Virus record (IMG/VR): IMGVR_UViG_3300021379_000005
Location: 32,001-96,000 of that record
Length of the DNA stretch: 64,000 nt
Strand: one strand, 5' to 3'
Source: a virus
Taxonomy: Duplodnaviria; Caudoviricetes
A model generated the notes under the pieces. The model had not been told where the DNA came from. It was given only the letters and a program-made list of their open reading frames with translations, and did no database searches. A program made the position numbers and the translations under genes. This document shows, in pieces, positions 31,101 through 40,502 of this stretch. Positions within the stretch are counted from its first letter, which is position 1; every line of letters begins with the position of its first letter.

Positions 31101-32039
31101 TGTTTTAATAATACCGTCTTGAACGGTAATAATTTCTATAAAGTTATCTGTTGTTGGAGTATCTAATGTTCTTTTAGACCATACGAGATTGATTCTATAT
31201 CTATCGGCGCCAGGAGCGTTATAGTTTGTTGTTCCCTGTGCGTTATCAAAAAGAGATGGATCTTCATTTGCACTTACAACGGTTTCTTGTATTTCAAAAC
31301 CAATTTTATAACTAGGAGTGTCATCATACTTGTCTAGAATTACACTTTGCGATTGGTTCTTGACCATAAACCCCTGAGTATAATAAATTCCCTCTTCGAC
31401 AAATGCAATAGAACCCTTACCCAAAGGATTTGCGTGATCAGCACTAAGAGCAACAGTTGCGATTAAATTTAAACCATCATCATTTGTTGAAGTCAGAACC
31501 TCTCCTTCCACAAAGGAAGAAGTATCACCCTCTTTTAAATTTATAGTGTTACCGTTAACAACAAAATCAATTCCATTTTCATCGTCAATTTCAAGTGTAA
31601 CGCCGTCTACCACTCTTTGTCCACCAGCAACACCATCAAGATATTTTACAAATAAGGTTGTTGGTTCATCATCACTGTCAATCTGTGCATCTTGATTCAG
31701 ATCAACTGCATCAGCATAAGAAATGACAATAGCACGAATCCCTGTCTTATCCCCTTGAATTACTTTACCAACAAATTCTGCAGCGGTAGTAAGGCCTTCT
31801 GCAAGAGTCACTTTAATATAAGGAACAGCAACATCAACAGCAGAACTGCCAGGGATAACCATGGAACCTTCTTTAAAGAAGTGGTCTCCCATATTTGCAA
31901 TTTGTTGTTGTAAAATTGTTTGTTGTTGTGTTAATTCTCTCGCCTGCACAGAATTTCCAGGCTTATATAATACCCTCAAATACCCTTTGTCGATATCATA
32001 ATCATCATGATAGGGAGTGACGTTTAAATTTATTGCCAT
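25101..32039 (-). CDS. VrlC-like/DUF4815 large baseplate-associated structural protein (2312 aa)
   Basis: N-terminal NLNVTPYHDDYD...VLYKPGNSVQARELTQQQ, APGADRY, LARRTYDESGDY, DPLAQSF and C-terminal VPKVRDFRVIALA. Confidence 0.85.
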   Translation of the reverse strand: MAINLNVTPYHDDYDIDKGYLRVLYKPGNSVQARELTQQQTILQQQIANMGDHFFKEGSMVIPGSSAVDVAVPYIKVTLAEGLTTAAEFVGKVIQGDKTGIRAIVISYADAVDLNQDAQIDSDDEPTTLFVKYLDGVAGGQRVVDGVTLEIDDENGIDFVVNGNTINLKEGDTSSFVEGEVLTSTNDDGLNLIATVALSADHANPLGKGSIAFVEEGIYYTQGFMVKNQSQSVILDKYDDTPSYKIGFEIQETVVSANEDPSLFDNAQGTTNYNAPGADRYRINLVWSKRTLDTPTTDNFIEIITVQDGIIKTHVRNTEYSVITDVLARRTYDESGDYTVRPFNLDIREYFKENGNGGVYTMKNFEFDTEVAAKDFALKNFADEDGMVDQNGNGLAHTVSALELIQFSDQNLDSTGLKYYPGSSHQFLVDAVRNYLALGVESGKAYVRGYEITKTATTYIPYKRSRENYQVNNHYIPVDLGPYIYISDAKGLPLIDEEVKLVNMNISPVINEDYTVVTSNLDDADTAYFQPVTYDEDLTFFAGGGTNLGANAYGIDVIATAKVKAVEYFSDSDDDAIDDNYGTSTFRPSNTSVETGIWKIFLYDIEYEVNPRTNVPYTMLDARSIVSTEKVVPTTLGSSIYRFGANVLTVMSLSDVQGQFTLKSLIYDRYDRDVRAINYYYNSADQFLLVKNLNTGNGLSTESGVLPSATFVTNELINEAIASGSAGTDTTSFDGNASADMTGTQARITGKFVLLSDGGASIVDTGKRFLQTVRFVDDESGRETVDTQYDVLKVYEDQVVTANGQIVLTATDDNSFFISTQSLYLAFDRADLNSSVGEIGRITSISFSSDRRTATLNVTNLPAGTTGVTVYAPIKKTSSREKIKTLRENQLHLPYTLVDAIGQTIGQTDYDNVNDANNDTSLSYDVDLLGSNSSVATGVVNSSIPTGANNDLILSVSNFQLPHSDVYEIKKIYDTCNVNNTSYRISIESNDRKFLHEMTEADFEFALKAYTFYEATGASPFSVDLDHTVYPTLASIQSQLTVDGTVNPFKEEIEELWLSNVGIETPAEVPVKINDITDRYTLFSGQRHSIIQLGELELKAGTLPCGGRPIIIYSYFEHGAGDYASVDSYVNIPYHKIPSFEGVRLHSALDFRPAAVYQQLSGYPYGKGVVSGISDYPIDASAISADMRIYFGRADKLYMDKFGNINVKYGAPSETPVFPTDPEDGMVLYTLETLPYTGVPKDVRAKMIDNRRYTMRDIGKLDKRISNLEYYTSLNLLEKETKDLLVTDENGLDRFKNGFVVENFTGFGTANVYDSDFNASMDTGKGELRPFFTTKNIPMHLDVINSEGFEVSGRWATLPYTSELLIEQRKSSKTVNVNPFAIFSFKGSMVLVPSTDNWHDDPKYLDTITINERGNTDNFEELAQRSGILGTVWGSWETTWTGVSNETTSGPVNTTESSGNFDRTVTTTTRTWNDTGTRSRAGVTTSLSESWTPVTTDKLVSSEQVPFIRTRDVYFKATGMKPNTKLFAFFDNTPVSDYVTPIKTLDITNVPPATAQYIKNNRNIFADQYGELKLRGQSTAHEVFVADIDYLDATSLKVYVLENVPGKKNTSFSLGEVLFLVERDGKSHNMGSFPNEGIVGGSTLRSDSAGTVYGNFSIPNDNQTPNDDDLKFRTGERTFKLCDQQNGNLDDSDTDTSATYTARGIIETRQKTTVNTRTVEIVDTTTTQSEDVVSELRSDPTTTFGNWRQVRGWGDPLAQSFLVDVEGGAFITSAEIFFSTKDEVVPVTLQIRNMVNGYPGQYVLGEKMLDPRQDLIQISDDGSLETIFTFDEPVYLEEAKEYCLVLIANTQGYRVHVATLGQEALDGSGIISEQPYAGVFFKSQNASTWTAEQMEDLKFTISRAKFDINRDSSLYFTNSEIDVGMSDINVMERIFDDNSMFVHKDSSLITFKVNDSSGCVPTSFWQPNGYNYVTLKNFHGTYDQYSAADLNGSHLVVATTYNSFTIDMRGFFYPEGVQTPRIAHGGTIPSVDSVFTPASNTFTQFRQKKPASWCTNVKYDLMKPNITSVELAGTGISMKFKALTGTSQDSTEAPGVKDLSFRGITPNQNYTFNRPMMVADNYNETLFDTSSNSLDKKSLIWKVDLVSNKDNLSPIIDLERIAAVLVSNVTNSAESVPAGVRGHVNTGFIDETNPHGGSAATKYITREIKLDQSSTSLKVLGSVYRPDMTDVDFYYKIKTSPDQNFEKLDYVLLDRPTVYGKASKDVSDYKEFDYEVRNLPEFNSVSIKIVLKSKNSSVVPKVRDFRVIALAT

Positions 32040-32073
32040 GTGTCTTTTTCTCTCAACTGGTTTTTTATTTTAA

Positions 32074-33768
32074 TTAGAATTCAAATACTACTTTAATATC
32101 TTCAATTTGATCAATGGCCCTTGAAACGGGCTGGCGGTTTTCGATGTAAAGAACTTTACCTGTACCAGTTACAATATCAAATGTTTCTTCATCAGCAGAA
32201 CCAAAATCTGGGTGTTGTGGGCCTCTATATGACTCTTCATTTGCAGGAGTCGAACCACTCTGAGTCTGTGCATCAGGGTCAGCAACAATAGCAATCTGTC
32301 TAAACTGCGCCTCTGAGTTTTCGACAGGGAACATAATTTTAGTTTCTAAATTCCCTAAAGAATTTTCTCTTGTAGACTGTTCGTCATATTCAAGTTTAAT
32401 TGCAGTCATTACATAATAACCACCCAACTCTTCTACAGGATTAAATCCATGTCCATTTTCTGGAGAAACAATTGGTTTTACTTTACATGCATTAACATTC
32501 AACGTCCCATCGAAATTGTATGCTGGAACATTATCAACATCTACAGTTGCGTTGTCTACAGCAGACCAATTTGCACCAGTATTTGTGATGACAATTTTTT
32601 CAATTCGTTGATCTACAACAAGCCCATACGCACTGAAAGAAGAACCATTACCAGAAATACTAATACCAGGCGCAATAAGAATATCTCTGCCCGCACCACC
32701 AGTAAATGAACCATTTACGGTTGCAGTTGCAGTGTTACCATTAAGACTCCAGTTTGTAATTCTAAACTGTTCTTGGTTGCCAAGGTCAACTAAATCATAA
32801 CCAGTATAATCTGTCGCACCATCGACACCAGAAATTGTGACAACATTACCAGTTAGTGTAACAGAAGCAGTTTGTTGGATGTTTGGGTGATAACCCAATC
32901 CTCCACCAATTACACCACCCTCTTCGTTTGGCATAATTTTTACATGTTCAATCTGGCCAGGATTTGGTTGTGATGCAGCTTGTTTAATATCCCACTGTAC
33001 CTGAGCAGCGGTACCAGGCGCAACTGGATCTTCTAGAAGATTTTTAACTGGAATGTAATCTTTTGTCAAGAACTTAAGAGAATCTTGAAGGTCGATTGCA
33101 TACATAAACTTCCACTTATAACCATCTGCAGTCTCTTCAATTTCAGTTCCAGTAGTTGATGGTTGAATTGTTGAAGCAACTGTAGTCACTGTTTGGGCAG
33201 CAGCATCATATTTCTGGTTATTAATACACTTATAAACGTTAAATTGATTTCCAGATGCAACGATCACATATCCATTTGGGATAATTTCTTCTGGGTTGTC
33301 GTGTTCGTACATAGTGTACACTCTTCCAGAAGTCCAGTTAATTCTTGGAATTGCAAGAGTCATGTCACTGTAGTTGACTTTCTTAAGTGCAATTGTATCG
33401 TATTTAAATCTATACGAATAACCAATAGAATCTTCTGGTGTTGGTGGGTTTGAATCATTTAACCAAGGAGTTTGTTTACCGATTGCCATATAAAGCATAT
33501 TGTAAACCGATTGTCCTTGATGGGCCCACTGTACAGTGCCATCTTGGAGAGTATCTGGTGTTGGGCCATCCCCATCACCAGCAGAAACACCACTTGTGGA
33601 AGCGCCACTAATATTTCCTAGTGCAATAAATGAGTTCTGGTTGTTAACCACAACATCGCCTTCTGCATAGGTATAGTTAGGTTTCCAATTAGGTGCGGAT
33701 CTGTTAATTGATTGTAAGAATTCCATTGCATTGAAAATTCTTAATTTGTTTGTAATAATCGCTGCCAT
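32074..33768 (-). CDS. gp8: Baseplate wedge subunit gp8
   Basis: MAAIITNKLRIFNA, PRINWTSG..Y..Y, VYKCINN, DGYKWKFMY, GHGFNPVEELGG and ENRQPVSRAIDQIEDIKVVFEF. Confidence 0.9.
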   Translation of the reverse strand: MAAIITNKLRIFNAMEFLQSINRSAPNWKPNYTYAEGDVVVNNQNSFIALGNISGASTSGVSAGDGDGPTPDTLQDGTVQWAHQGQSVYNMLYMAIGKQTPWLNDSNPPTPEDSIGYSYRFKYDTIALKKVNYSDMTLAIPRINWTSGRVYTMYEHDNPEEIIPNGYVIVASGNQFNVYKCINNQKYDAAAQTVTTVASTIQPSTTGTEIEETADGYKWKFMYAIDLQDSLKFLTKDYIPVKNLLEDPVAPGTAAQVQWDIKQAASQPNPGQIEHVKIMPNEEGGVIGGGLGYHPNIQQTASVTLTGNVVTISGVDGATDYTGYDLVDLGNQEQFRITNWSLNGNTATATVNGSFTGGAGRDILIAPGISISGNGSSFSAYGLVVDQRIEKIVITNTGANWSAVDNATVDVDNVPAYNFDGTLNVNACKVKPIVSPENGHGFNPVEELGGYYVMTAIKLEYDEQSTRENSLGNLETKIMFPVENSEAQFRQIAIVADPDAQTQSGSTPANEESYRGPQHPDFGSADEETFDIVTGTGKVLYIENRQPVSRAIDQIEDIKVVFEF

Positions 33769-33801
33769 TTTTTTACCTTTTTAGTGTCATGAATTTTATA
33801 C

Positions 33802-33809
33802 TATTTATA
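33802..33809 (-). promoter_or_regulatory. T4-type late promoter
   Basis: TATAAATA upstream of gp8. Confidence 0.75.
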
Positions 33810-33818
33810 ATTTATTTT

Positions 33819-36800
33819 TTAGTCTTTCAGAACAATCTGTTCATTTAATTCTTCAATTGTTGTTGGATTCGTATTATACAGTACAATAGACGATTCTGGT
33901 GCGACATTTGACTTATCGTGAATATGTTCTGCCTGATACTTTATAAAAGTATTCAAGTCTAATAAATTTTCGTCATAGTCAATTCTATCTACGTTATAAT
34001 CAAGTCCTGATTGTAATCTATCATTAAATTTTATTCTCTCAATTGTTAAATTTGTAGGGCCCAGTCTTTTTCTAGTTGGGATATCTGGTTCTTCCTCACT
34101 CATTATCAAGAATACAGGTGTAATATTAATAAACGAATCTAAAACTGCACGATATTTGTTATCTGCAAGTCTTACAATGTCTTCAATTACAGTATTTCTC
34201 CAATTATGATCTGTTCCGTCTGTATTTGCAATCCAATCATTATCTGTTGCATCCACTGGTAAGTGATACCAAATTCCAAGACCTTCTGCCTTTGCAGGAA
34301 TATGAGTCAATCCATTTCCATTTACAATTGGTCGTTTTATCAGATATGGAGAATTATCCATTTCTCTCTGAGGACTAAACAGTAATGGTCTCAACCTTTC
34401 CCAAGGGAATCTGGAAGTAAAGTAAAACTTAAACCTTTCTAGTGACCTATATGTAGTGTGCAATGTAGGTAGGTCGCCAGTATAGTTTTTATAGAACATA
34501 TACTTACCTGTTATATTTATCACCATTTTTTCATCTCTTGGATTTGCACCATCTGCAATAGCACCAACCCAATAGTTTGGTTGTCTGTTTACATTTCCAC
34601 GCCAAATGTTGTCCCACCTAAACTCAACTCTATTCTGAGGAGCGGTAGAAGGAAGTTCTCTATACGACTGAATAATCTTCACATCAAAAACTGCAATTCT
34701 GTCAAGATAGTCAGGATCCAATTCCACACTCTCTACAACATACTTTGCCCAAGGCCTTACATTTATCCATTCATCATTGGTCATACTCTCATCAGATGTA
34801 TCGTATATTGTAAATGTGTTACCAAGGATTTTAGATGACCAATAATGTCCATAATCTTTTCCGTATGCGTCTTTGTAGTTGATTGCGATTTTCTTTACAT
34901 CTGACCAACGCAACGCATTGTTTCCATTTTCATCCAATAATGCGTATCTACCAGACCCACTGTCTACTGTTGCTGCACCGGCCGTATCATCAGATATCTC
35001 TCCAGTTCCTACACCCTGATAAAGACCATCAATTTCACTGTCAATACTAAGTTGACGATTATCATACACAAAATAATAACCATGAGAATTCAAATCGTTG
35101 ATATCAGTTTGTTGGGCAGTAGCATATGTCCAACTTCCACTACCATCCATATTACGCATTCTCAAATTAACATTTTTAATGATCTCATACATGAGTTCAC
35201 GATATACAACTCCAAGTCCTTTTCTTACAGAGGCCTTGGTTAGAGTAGTAAATTCTCCAAACATCATCAAACCAGCGGGGTGAATAATCTTCTTAACTAT
35301 TCTTCTCCACTCATCAATATATCTGTTTACTTTTACAACATAAGAATAATCCTGCCATAGATATCCATCATGAATACGATTATCATCTGAAATAAATCCT
35401 TGTTGATTGACATAAACACCTTCACGAACACATAGAGGCCCAGTTAATACTTTAATAGATGCCTGACCGTTACCATAACCACTCAAGTCAACTTCAGGTG
35501 GTGTATCATATCCAACCCCGAAACCGTCAAAATCTTCTCTAAATGGGTTTGAGTATATTTCCAATCTATTAATCTTGCCAATATCTTTTCCAAGTCCTCG
35601 TAAAACTCCATTTCTACCTGTAGAAGTGTATGACAATGTTTCTCTCGCCACATTTCCATATGGATATCTAACATAACCTTCGCCACCTGTAATAAGTCTA
35701 GTAGTCTCAATACCAGATTTTGGAATTTCTTCCCACTCAACAGTCAGTGTGTGGGCATCAGGCAATTGATATTGAGCCATAGTGTCATCAAGAGTTTGAG
35801 GATTATCTACCCACCTTCTCAATCTGATTTTATTTGGTTCTACTAAAGATTCACTATTGAATATCACATATTCAAGTTTGTCTGATAAGGCACCATAATA
35901 TCTAATCATTATAATATCACCAGCGGCCAACGGATTAGTAAAGGTTATCGCAGTACCAGTTGTCGCATTATAATCAGCTGGGTCAAGTTCAATATAATTT
36001 TTCCACGAACCATCAATCCAGATATAATAATTATCAGCCCATTCCCATATCAACTGATCTATAGGATTTGTTGGGAATGCATCTGGAATGTTTTCTGGAG
36101 TGATAATACTATCTGTAACTTTGAATATTCTCAATGCGGAATCAACGTCATAGAATAACTCAATTTCCGTTTCTCCGCCAACGGCATTCACTCTTTCTAC
36201 ATATCTAGATGACTGTCTAATATTTTGTTTAAAAGGAATAGGATTGACATGTTCAGGACTTATTCCATTACCAGAAACAGGATTCTGGGTTCCTTTGTCT
36301 TCAATTGTAACACCAGTAGATGACCCCGATGCATCTAACAATGAAAAGTTTGCAGCATCTTGACTATGTGCGCCAAATCCCCACTGGATTGCACCTTCAA
36401 ATTTATTTAAGACTGGATTTGTACTTAAATCGACATAAAGTGTAGTTGATGAATCTAAAGAAGTTGATCCATTCTGTGAAGTAGTTGCATATATATTTGC
36501 ACCATTTTTGATTACTTTTACTTTTGTGGCGCCATTTGCACTCCAACCACCAGAAATAAATGGTACATTAGATGTTTGAAGAACAATCTGATCATCTTGT
36601 AGATAATTATATACTATTCCCCAACCAACATTAGGAGTAGTTCCGCCCATATTTCTGACCGCACTTAAAGTATATTCTTTATATCCAGCGTCTGTAGGTT
36701 GTAATCCATTAGTCACAAATCCAATTATAAGCGCAAGTGTATCATCATCTGATGAAGTACTTGACATGACGGATTCAAATTCTAAGTTTGTTGCAGGAGT

Positions 36801-39800
36801 TGGGCCAATAAAACCAGTAAAACTACCTGTGTTTGCGGTACATTCAATACTATTTGTACTAGAGTTATAAATCCATGCAGACAAGTCGCTGGGGATTGCT
36901 TGGTATGATGATGCACCAGAATGTGAAAATCTATACCAAGCATCAAATGCCGCCTCAATTGCTGCAGGATCTCCTTGCAAATTGATATTAGATTCATAAC
37001 TGGCAACGTATCTCTCTCCTTTAGTCATTCTGAATGCACCAAAGAAACCAAGAGTATAATCATTCATAATTACTAAAGAATTTCCATCTACAATCTGTCT
37101 TGCGCCAATATAGAAATTTGAATTTGTACTATAATTCAACATGTTGACGCCGGGGATAGTGTTTTCTAATAGGCCATTCATATAGATAGAAGTTCCACCA
37201 TTAGAGAAATAAATTGCAATATGGTTCCATTCTCCAAATGGAACTGATCTTGCACCAAGGGTATTACCAGAAGAATCGATTAAATCAATTGTACCATCAT
37301 AATTTTGCCAAAGAGTTAAATGCTGAGTTCCACCATCTTCACTATTGATTGCAAAGATAACACCGCCAGGCGAATCTATATCTGTAATAGAGATAGATTT
37401 TCTGAAATACCAAAAGTCTATTGTTAGTTCTTTATTAGTTAACTCATTATCAAATTTTAGATCGATGTTATCACTTCTTAACCATCCATAATCTGTGTAT
37501 AGTGCGTGTTCTCCAACTTTCGAAAGTCCCGCCTTAAATCCTTCTTTTAAGTATTGATGTGCTAATTTATAACCTTTAATCTTAAAATTTTGTCCTTCAA
37601 GATAATTAGCGCCTGGTTGATTTGGTGTAACACTATATACACCGTTATTAATATTGATATCAAAGGTTGCACCATAACCATTGGTCATAACACTAACTAG
37701 ATTTTCATTTTTGTCTAGATTTTCTGGTGATGAATTAATCGCCGTACCAGTAATATTTCCAATCTGTAATATACCACCATTATCATCAATCTTAATTACA
37801 TCAAAAACTAGATCGTTAATTCCATCAACACCTCCCAATTCACTACCAAGTATTGTGATTGAATCTCCAACAGAATAGTTAATTCCATTAAATCTTGATG
37901 CAGGATTTGTCACATAATATGTTGTTCCATCTCTTCTAATGAAATTAAATATTGCACCTGTTCCAGAAGTTCCACCATTTTGAGTAGAGGCGGTATATTG
38001 TGGTGCGTAGTAATATGAGTAACCATCCGGCATTGGAGTATTTGGGTTTAAAACTTCAAATGTTTCTATATGTCCACCTATTGGATCGGCAAAAACTTCA
38101 AAATCTTCAATTCGTCCTTCATCATTGACTTGTGTGACGGTAATTGTTATATCGTTCTCTCCATCAGTACCACCCACAACAGAACCTAAAATTGTAAATT
38201 TATCACCGACAATATAATTCGTGGTTGGTGATAAAATTCCTTGTGCATTTGCATCACTCAAAAGAACAGAAAGATTTTGAGGATATGTTGGTTCGTCTGT
38301 ATCAATATCCCATACAGCACCCGAACCAATTCTAGAGGTTGTAGTATATGAAGATGAATCTAGATTTAAGTATGCTGCGCCACCTGTAACTGTTAATACT
38401 TTTATAAAGATATCGTGAACACCAGACACACCATTATAAAATTGTTCACCATCAATTTTAATAAAATCGCCAGGAACATAGTGTTTAGAATTATCTTGAC
38501 TTCCTAAAGTAACAGAAGTTATTGCATTATCAAGATATGCAACATCAAACAACGCACCCACACCTCTACCCTGATGATAAGTTGCGGTTTGATTTCTCAC
38601 ATCTGCGACTTGTGGGAAAACATTGGTTGGACTTGCTAAGTTATTTGTAATTGAAACTCCAGTAATACCACCAAATTCATTTACAGATGTAACTTGAAAT
38701 TCTAAGTCTGTTCTTAATCTATATTCTGTAGGGTCACCTTCATTTAAATTTGTAATTATGAATGGTGGTTCTTCGACTGGAGTTATAGAACTTCTATAAG
38801 TCGAACTCAACTCCCCAGTTTTATAATCTTTGACAGCGGCAAAAAATGTTTGGGCCTGGTGTGTGATTTTTCTATTATAAATGTCCTCATAGTCATATAG
38901 ATAAAAAACATCATCATAGAGATAATCTATATTCTCAATCGTAACAGATGGGTTTTGGGCTCTAGGGCCAAAATCATAACCAGACAGTCCAATATCAAAT
39001 GACATGACTGGATATTCCAAACTTTCTGGGTTTTGAAAAAATGAAACACTAAAATTATTTTTAACAGATTGAATCGAACTAATTTGTCCAATAGCATATG
39101 AACCTAATGTATTACCATTTTGAAACTCAATTGTTTCCCCAGTAATATACTGATCTCCATTATTGACAATTTTGATATTTTCAACTGGGCCATAAGAAGT
39201 ATGTGCAATTTTTGCAGCAAACCCATAACCACTTCCATTCGAAGACAAGTTATTTTGCAGTGTTAAATTTCTTGGCATATCTTCGCCAGGATTTTCTATT
39301 TCAAATCCTACGACACATTCATATAAACTTTCTTCATAAATGGAGGCATCGTTTTGTTTTATTCTTACGGTTTCTTTACTAGAAAACTCACCATTGATTG
39401 AACTAATTACATATTCACGAACTTTATAGTCACTTAAAGTATAGTCATTAAAATATTCGATGTTCGCTGAGGCCCCACTAGATACACCTTCAATAAATAG
39501 TGGTTGATTAATTTTAATTGGGCCTTCATACGGAACAGTTCTAAGACTTGTTAGTGTTTGCCAAGTATTAGAACTTGGTTTTAACAAGTTTTCTTTTGGA
39601 TAATATATTTCTATATCTTCATTAAACAACGCCCTAAACAAAAACTTATAGGAAGCTTCGCTGCCCTTTTGTTTGTAGAACTTGTTAATTAATTTTAAAA
39701 AGTTTCTTTCATTAGTATATCTGGTTTTTTCTTTTCCACTTTCTTCAACTAATTTTTGGATTGTATCTTCAGTATCTGCGTCTGCAACAGGATTTATAAA

Positions 39801-40484
39801 AGTTCTTAAATAAAATCTGATTTTTATAATATCACGATTATCGTGAACAATCGGATCGTTATTTTCATCTTGAAAAATAATAGAATTTTCTAAAAGTCTA
39901 TAATCAATTCCCTCAATTAACTCGACCCAATCACCAGTGCTTGCTGTTGGGTCATCATTTGGGGGTGTTAAATTATCCACAACCTCACTTAATGATTCAC
40001 CGACCCTTCCAGCAAAATTAACATCATTTATAAAGACTCGTATCTTAGTAACTTTTGTATCTACATTTTGATCTGAAAAATAATAAAACGGATTGAAATA
40101 ATCCATTACATATTTTGCAGAAACTCCATCGGTAAAAAATTCTTGGTCAGCAGTAGTATCTATAGACGTTTCTGCATCCTCACCATTGTTTTCTTCTTGC
40201 AAGATTTCAGTTGCAATTTGATTATTTGTTTTAATCTTAGTAATTGTGGGCCATGCACCAGCAAGTTCAGACTTAAACTCTTGGACAAATATATCAAAAG
40301 TTTCGTCTAAATCTGTTAGAGAAGTAAGTTTTCCAGTTACATTACTAACATTGTCATCTAACGCCAACCATTCGTAATATAATTCTAAAAAACGAACAAA
40401 GTTATCATACTCACTACTGTTCAAGTAAGTAGGGAGTTGTTCTCTTATTCTAGATGCAATGTTTTGTAAATTAGTTTTATCCAT
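33819..40484 (-). CDS. gp7: Baseplate wedge initiator gp7-like, enlarged with repeats and lectin-like domains (2221 aa)
   Basis: FVRFLELYYEWL, FYKQKGSEASYKFLFRALFNE, IHDGYLWQDYSYVVK...IIHPAGLMMFGE; lies between gp6 and gp8. Confidence 0.8.
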   Translation of the reverse strand: MDKTNLQNIASRIREQLPTYLNSSEYDNFVRFLELYYEWLALDDNVSNVTGKLTSLTDLDETFDIFVQEFKSELAGAWPTITKIKTNNQIATEILQEENNGEDAETSIDTTADQEFFTDGVSAKYVMDYFNPFYYFSDQNVDTKVTKIRVFINDVNFAGRVGESLSEVVDNLTPPNDDPTASTGDWVELIEGIDYRLLENSIIFQDENNDPIVHDNRDIIKIRFYLRTFINPVADADTEDTIQKLVEESGKEKTRYTNERNFLKLINKFYKQKGSEASYKFLFRALFNEDIEIYYPKENLLKPSSNTWQTLTSLRTVPYEGPIKINQPLFIEGVSSGASANIEYFNDYTLSDYKVREYVISSINGEFSSKETVRIKQNDASIYEESLYECVVGFEIENPGEDMPRNLTLQNNLSSNGSGYGFAAKIAHTSYGPVENIKIVNNGDQYITGETIEFQNGNTLGSYAIGQISSIQSVKNNFSVSFFQNPESLEYPVMSFDIGLSGYDFGPRAQNPSVTIENIDYLYDDVFYLYDYEDIYNRKITHQAQTFFAAVKDYKTGELSSTYRSSITPVEEPPFIITNLNEGDPTEYRLRTDLEFQVTSVNEFGGITGVSITNNLASPTNVFPQVADVRNQTATYHQGRGVGALFDVAYLDNAITSVTLGSQDNSKHYVPGDFIKIDGEQFYNGVSGVHDIFIKVLTVTGGAAYLNLDSSSYTTTSRIGSGAVWDIDTDEPTYPQNLSVLLSDANAQGILSPTTNYIVGDKFTILGSVVGGTDGENDITITVTQVNDEGRIEDFEVFADPIGGHIETFEVLNPNTPMPDGYSYYYAPQYTASTQNGGTSGTGAIFNFIRRDGTTYYVTNPASRFNGINYSVGDSITILGSELGGVDGINDLVFDVIKIDDNGGILQIGNITGTAINSSPENLDKNENLVSVMTNGYGATFDININNGVYSVTPNQPGANYLEGQNFKIKGYKLAHQYLKEGFKAGLSKVGEHALYTDYGWLRSDNIDLKFDNELTNKELTIDFWYFRKSISITDIDSPGGVIFAINSEDGGTQHLTLWQNYDGTIDLIDSSGNTLGARSVPFGEWNHIAIYFSNGGTSIYMNGLLENTIPGVNMLNYSTNSNFYIGARQIVDGNSLVIMNDYTLGFFGAFRMTKGERYVASYESNINLQGDPAAIEAAFDAWYRFSHSGASSYQAIPSDLSAWIYNSSTNSIECTANTGSFTGFIGPTPATNLEFESVMSSTSSDDDTLALIIGFVTNGLQPTDAGYKEYTLSAVRNMGGTTPNVGWGIVYNYLQDDQIVLQTSNVPFISGGWSANGATKVKVIKNGANIYATTSQNGSTSLDSSTTLYVDLSTNPVLNKFEGAIQWGFGAHSQDAANFSLLDASGSSTGVTIEDKGTQNPVSGNGISPEHVNPIPFKQNIRQSSRYVERVNAVGGETEIELFYDVDSALRIFKVTDSIITPENIPDAFPTNPIDQLIWEWADNYYIWIDGSWKNYIELDPADYNATTGTAITFTNPLAAGDIIMIRYYGALSDKLEYVIFNSESLVEPNKIRLRRWVDNPQTLDDTMAQYQLPDAHTLTVEWEEIPKSGIETTRLITGGEGYVRYPYGNVARETLSYTSTGRNGVLRGLGKDIGKINRLEIYSNPFREDFDGFGVGYDTPPEVDLSGYGNGQASIKVLTGPLCVREGVYVNQQGFISDDNRIHDGYLWQDYSYVVKVNRYIDEWRRIVKKIIHPAGLMMFGEFTTLTKASVRKGLGVVYRELMYEIIKNVNLRMRNMDGSGSWTYATAQQTDINDLNSHGYYFVYDNRQLSIDSEIDGLYQGVGTGEISDDTAGAATVDSGSGRYALLDENGNNALRWSDVKKIAINYKDAYGKDYGHYWSSKILGNTFTIYDTSDESMTNDEWINVRPWAKYVVESVELDPDYLDRIAVFDVKIIQSYRELPSTAPQNRVEFRWDNIWRGNVNRQPNYWVGAIADGANPRDEKMVINITGKYMFYKNYTGDLPTLHTTYRSLERFKFYFTSRFPWERLRPLLFSPQREMDNSPYLIKRPIVNGNGLTHIPAKAEGLGIWYHLPVDATDNDWIANTDGTDHNWRNTVIEDIVRLADNKYRAVLDSFINITPVFLIMSEEEPDIPTRKRLGPTNLTIERIKFNDRLQSGLDYNVDRIDYDENLLDLNTFIKYQAEHIHDKSNVAPESSIVLYNTNPTTIEELNEQIVLKD

Positions 40485-40502
40485 TTAATTTAACTTCTGC
40501 TG

